Source of the DNA: Candidatus Bipolaricaulota bacterium
Lineage (GTDB): Bacteria; Bipolaricaulota; Bipolaricaulia; UBA7950; UBA9294
NCBI GenBank assembly: GCA_040752575.1
Contig: JBFMGK010000008.1
Span: forward strand, 1-18,001
Reading direction: 5' to 3'
DNA: 18,001 nt
Shown here: piece by piece, positions 15,941 through 18,001 of the stretch
Layout: each line of letters begins with the position of its first letter
How positions within the stretch are numbered: the stretch's first letter is position 1
Made by a program: the position numbers and the translations under genes
Notes under the pieces: generated by a model
Told to the model about the DNA's origin: nothing
Databases searched by the model: none
What the model saw: only the letters and a program-made list of their open reading frames with translations

Positions 15941-16028
15941 CAGGGGGGCCATGGCGGCCCCCCTGGGTCTATCATTTCAGGCGGCTCTCACCGGGGTCTA
16001 TGGCATACCGCCTGAGGGCTGTAATGAC
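15941..16028 (-). ncRNA. Structured leader RNA plus terminator-like hairpin upstream of NYN-1
   Basis: GUCAUU/AAUGAU and UCAGGCGG/CCGCCUGA stems, ATAGACCC present twice, then a perfect 10-bp CAGGGGGGCC/GGCCCCCCTG hairpin. Confidence 0.5.
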
Positions 16029-16063
16029 TTGAGTGTAGCGCGATCCGCAGATCTGTCAAGTCA
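16025..16063 (-). promoter_or_regulatory. Promoter of NYN-1 bracketed by an inverted repeat
   Basis: Minus strand TTGACA (16059-16054), 16 bp, TACACT (16037-16032); TGACTTGA / TCAAGTCA inverted repeat at 16025-16032 / 16056-16063. Confidence 0.65.
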
Positions 16064-16354
16064 CAGATGTCCTCCAGATGGCAGAAATAGGGCCATTCGG
16101 AGCCCCGCGCACTTGCTGCAAGGATCCGTGCGCGAAGACCGCAATCCCCCTGCTGCGGTCGCGGGATAGACGCTAGTACGGAGTCTGCCGGCGGTAGGTC
16201 GGGCGGCGAGAATGGCTTCATATGCGTGCAGACTAGCCGCGCCGCAGCTCTGGGACAAGGCTGTAATGGGTGGCCGCGGCCCTAAAGGGATAAACATGAC
16301 AGCCGTCGAGGCGCGCTCCGAACCAAGAGTCCTGCCGCAGCGCGCCTACGACCG

Positions 16355-16414
16355 GAGGGACTTGCGAACCCGGCCGTCCTCCGCCTCGCCCATTGGAGGA
16401 TGGCTTGGCAGGTC
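16355..16414 (+). repeat. Structured dispersed repeat, copy B (diverged, shorter)
   Basis: GAGGGACTTGCGAACCCGGCCGTCCTCC-12nt-GGAGGATGGCTTGGCAG aligns ungapped with the first 60 nt of copies A and C. Confidence 0.8.
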
Positions 16415-16690
16415 TGCCGGCTGCTCGCGACGCAGCCTCGGGGAGGCATCACTCTCCGGGCCTTGAAGCGAGCGCACGACAGGAATCACGTTCCACTCTA
16501 ACTTGACTCCTCTGCACGACGGTTCGTGAGCTCGCCACCGAGGATCGCTGTCGAACCTTGTCAGTCTGCGCTCCCGGGAGTTCGATGCTCTTCCCTAGAG
16601 ATGCATCGAGCTGACGAACTACTCTTCCTCAAGGATATGTGCTATCATCATCCGATACTCCATCTGGACGCGCCGGGTGACCAACGTCCC

Positions 16691-16719
16691 TTGACGGTCG
16701 GAAGGTGTGGGCATAGGAT
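16691..16719 (+). promoter_or_regulatory. Promoter of NYN-2
   Basis: TTGACG (16691-16696), 17 bp, TAGGAT (16714-16719). Confidence 0.6.
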
Positions 16720-16725
16720 GTGCGC

Positions 16726-16816
16726 AGTTATCGTCCTCTTGTCGCTAGGCCGGATGAATCAATCCGAGCAGGTGCCGAGAGAGTATTTCCAGGGCAGCCT
16801 GCGGGCTGCCCTTTCT
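16726..16816 (+). ncRNA. Structured leader RNA plus intrinsic terminator upstream of NYN-2
   Basis: CTCTT/GAGAG outer stem, CGGAT-GAATCA-ATCCG apical hairpin, then AGGGCAGCC-TGCG-GGCTGCCCT-TTCT (16791-16816) before the GGAGG RBS. Confidence 0.5.
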
Positions 16817-16836
16817 GCTGGACAGCGGAGGCTCCA

Positions 16837-17722
16837 ATGAGAGTCGCCCTGTTCTTCGACGGAAAGAACTTCTGCAGCGCCCTCTCAGCTAGGCACCCCG
16901 GCGTTGAGATCGACTACGACAAACTAGCAGCCTGGGTCACCAGCAAGGTTGGTGGCACCATCCCCGAGTTTCAAGGCGCTTACTAACTACACTGGCCACA
17001 GCGAGGCCCCCGGCGGCGCAACGCAGCCGTTCACGAGCTTCCTGACGAACCTCAACTTGCGGACGGGCTTCTTCGTACAGCGAGAACCGCGCGTCCGAAG
17101 GACTGCGAAGTGTAGACACTGCAACCGCGGCCGGAACTATTGGACGGAGAAGCGCGTCGACACACGACTCGTCGCAGACATGATCCACTACGCTGCAGTG
17201 GACGCCTACGATGTCGCTGTTCTCTTCTCTGGTGATCAGGACCTAGTTCCTGCTGTGGACGCAGCAAAGCATCTTGGCCGGCGGGTGTACGTCGCCACAT
17301 GGTCGCAGCGTGGGCTTTCGAGGGAGCTGCGCGCGTGCTGTTTCGGCGAGATCTGGCTGGAGGACGGGCTACCCGTGTTTCAGACAGGCCGGGTGCGTGC
17401 AACTTCCGCTCCTGCGTCGAGAACGGCAACAGCGTCTCCAGCCGCAACACTGCCTGCGGCGCCCCCGAGCACAGCCTGGGCGGGCGGACCCACGGCGCAG
17501 TCCACAATAGCTGCCGAGTTGACCAAGGCCGAGGGCAGGCTCCCCTGGGTGTCGCGCTGGTACTTCGAGAATCGCTGGGGCGGGGTAGGGCTACCCCCGC
17601 CCGGTTCCCCGGAGCGAGCGGCGGCCGTTCAGGCAGCAGTTCAGAACGCAGAGATCGAGGAGTATGAACACCCCGACCGGCTTGGAAGGGCAACAACAGC
17701 CCTACGAAGTCCGGCCGCGTAG
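16837..17722 (+). pseudogene. NYN domain protein with C-terminal extension, interrupted by a 1-nt insertion (or sequencing error)
   Basis: MRVALFFDGKNF...FQGAY-TAA at 16984-16986. Removing one A gives GAYYYTG, in frame with EKRVDTRLVADMI, AVLFSGDQDLVPAV, GRRVYV and SRELRACC. Confidence 0.88.
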
Positions 17723-17833
17723 CGGATCCGTCTCCCCCTGGAAAGGTGTTCGGGAGAAGCCACTCAGCGGGCCCGGATGACGCTGTGAACCACCTGGGAA
17801 AGGAACACAGACACTGTCGGACTTCTACGTCCA

Positions 17834-17915
17834 GAGGGGTTCATGAACCCGGCCGTCCTCCTCTACGCCCGCTGGAGGACGGCGTGGCAGTTCGCTAGAC
17901 GGTCAGGCGACCGCT
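17834..17915 (+). repeat. Structured dispersed repeat, copy C
   Basis: 76/82 identical to 11222-11303; hairpin GCCGTCCTCC-12nt-GGAGGACGGC. Confidence 0.9.
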
Positions 17916-17943
17916 AACTGCGGCGATCCAAAGCGACTTCGAA

Positions 17944-17997
17944 CGTACATGAGAGACGGGGCCACGTGACGATCAATGGCCCCGTCTCTCATGTACG
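17944..17997. repeat. Perfect 21-bp inverted repeat with 12-nt loop
   Basis: CGTACATGAGAGACGGGGCCA / TGGCCCCGTCTCTCATGTACG. Confidence 0.9.
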
Positions 17998-18001
17998 CCC
18001 G

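Larger units (their letters stand above)
13385..16298. mobile_element. IS1595-family transporter IS with passenger genes; ends resemble the ISSod11-group consensus
   Basis: TIRs CCCGCTTATCCCTTTAGGGCAGCGG (13385-13409) and the reverse complement of 16274-16298, CATGTTTATCCCTTTAGGGCCGCGG (21/25). Perfect 8-bp direct repeat ACAGCCGT at 13377-13384 and 16299-16306. An IS1595 transposase lies inside. Confidence 0.92.

Noticed and set aside
16526..16840. 104-aa ORF upstream of NYN-2, and a GGGAGTTCGATGCTCTTCCC T-arm-like string near 16576
   Set aside because: The ORF has no RBS or motifs and overlaps the NYN-2 promoter and leader; no acceptor, D or anticodon arms accompany the T-arm-like string.
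16928..16990. Programmed +1 frameshift in NYN-2 decoded by the odd tRNA (quadruplet GGCG reading CGCC)
   Set aside because: There is no in-frame CGC-C or convincing slippery site in the stretch where both frames are open; a simple 1-nt insertion explains it.

Overview
High-GC bacterial window in two parts. Positions 1-11.1 kb hold mostly housekeeping-type genes: a partial KdpD-like sensor kinase, an amidase_3 homolog with substituted catalytic residues, a glutaredoxin plus ferredoxin-thioredoxin-reductase-like pair, a DUF1566 lipoprotein, two GNATs, an MBL-fold hydrolase, an EamA transporter, a 5'-nucleotidase, a membrane protein and a cold-shock protein. A RAYT-type HUH transposase bracketed by inverted tandem repeats sits among them. 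Positions 11.2-18 kb are accessory DNA punctuated by three copies of a structured 60-82 bp repeat. The main feature is a complete 2,914-bp IS1595-family element (13385-16298; 25-bp TIRs; perfect 8-bp target duplication ACAGCCGT). Besides the transposase it carries a non-canonical tRNA (Arg-like body, GGC or 8-nt anticodon loop), a promoter/terminator-bounded orphan small RNA, a 56-aa RHH regulator with palindromic operators, a coiled-coil/Zn-ribbon protein, and an NYN ribonuclease preceded by promoter, structured RNA and terminator-like hairpin. A second NYN gene just outside the element, frameshifted by +1, has the same leader layout, suggesting an RNA-controlled (type III TA-like) NYN system. 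All calls come from manual reading; no searches or folding programs were run.
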